64,000 bases of DNA from Eledone cirrhosa (lineage: Eukaryota). Below are positions 63,486 through 64,000 of the stretch, piece by piece (the first letter of the stretch is position 1; each line of letters opens with the position of its first letter). The position numbers and the translations under genes are program-made. The notes beneath the pieces were generated by a model. That model saw nothing but the letters and a program-made list of their open reading frames with translations, was not told the DNA's origin and ran no database searches. Location: contig OZ024743.1 of NCBI GenBank assembly GCA_964016885.1, positions 353,462,001-353,526,000 of the forward strand. Reading direction: 5' to 3'.

Positions 63486-64000
63486 ATGGCTACGAAAAAG
63501 AAATTTCATACGTCACTCCCACTCATTCCGTCTTCTTCTTCCTCAATCATCACTACAGCAGAGAGAAGATTGTCTCTCTCCCCCCCTTCTTTAAATGTGT
63601 CTCTCTCCCTCCCTTCTATTTCGCAAGTGACGAAAGAAAAGAAAAGTCTCGTGCAAAGCGTGCAAGGTTTCTCCACGACGACGACGACAGCGACGAAACA
63701 GGTGTGCGGGAAATACGAAAACCCAGTTCATTCGTCTGACGTCAGGAATAATAGCAGTAGCAGCCGTAATAACAACAGCAACAGTGACAATGAAAACAAC
63801 AGTAGCAGCCGCAACAGCATCACCAGCAGCATAAACAACAACAGCATTAGCAGCAGCAACACCAACAACAACCACAGCAACAGCGGCGGAGGCAGTAGTC
63901 GTAGTACCTGCAGCAACAACAAAAGTACCAGCAGCTCTGACGACAACAACAACAGCAGCAGTAGAGAAAAACCAATCTCATTTGCAGGTATTGCGAAAAA
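63486..64000 (+). CDS. Open-ended Ser/Asn-rich ORF, product unknown
   Basis: AACAACATGG start, MATKKKFHTSLPLIPSS...EKPISFAGIAK, no stop before the window end. Confidence 0.4.
   Translation, partial: MATKKKFHTSLPLIPSSSSSIITTAERRLSLSPPSLNVSLSLPSISQVTKEKKSLVQSVQGFSTTTTTATKQVCGKYENPVHSSDVRNNSSSSRNNNSNSDNENNSSSRNSITSSINNNSISSSNTNNNHSNSGGGSSRSTCSNNKSTSSSDDNNNSSSREKPISFAGIAK

Overview
Eukaryotic, AT- and microsatellite-rich DNA; the repeat repertoire looks cephalopod/octopus-like (recalled, not searched). No complete host gene is visible. 1-27.8 kb: a tRNA-Trp(CCA) cluster of 17 copies and remnants. The first 10.8 kb is a scrambled ~2.2-kb two-tRNA higher-order repeat, followed by segmental duplications with convergent tRNA pairs. 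Fragments of CRE-clade (RT + REL endonuclease) retrotransposons recur just downstream of the tRNA genes, including a filled/empty site pair and a direct tRNA-CRE 3'-tail fusion. The window also holds Penelope-like elements (two long RT/GIY-YIG copies and several 3' remnants) sitting in (TA)n, with about 15 hammerhead-ribozyme-like motifs that include U3-A8 and A4 core variants and long stem-II forms. Other features: a fold-back family carrying half a hammerhead, Helitrons, a hAT element with an 8-bp TSD, tRNA-SINEs with reused target sites, RTE and Tx1/L1 debris, an R4/Dong-like element inside (TATG)n, large simple satellites, and an ORF open at the right edge. All calls are by eye; TE boundaries are approximate unless a TSD or terminal motif is cited.
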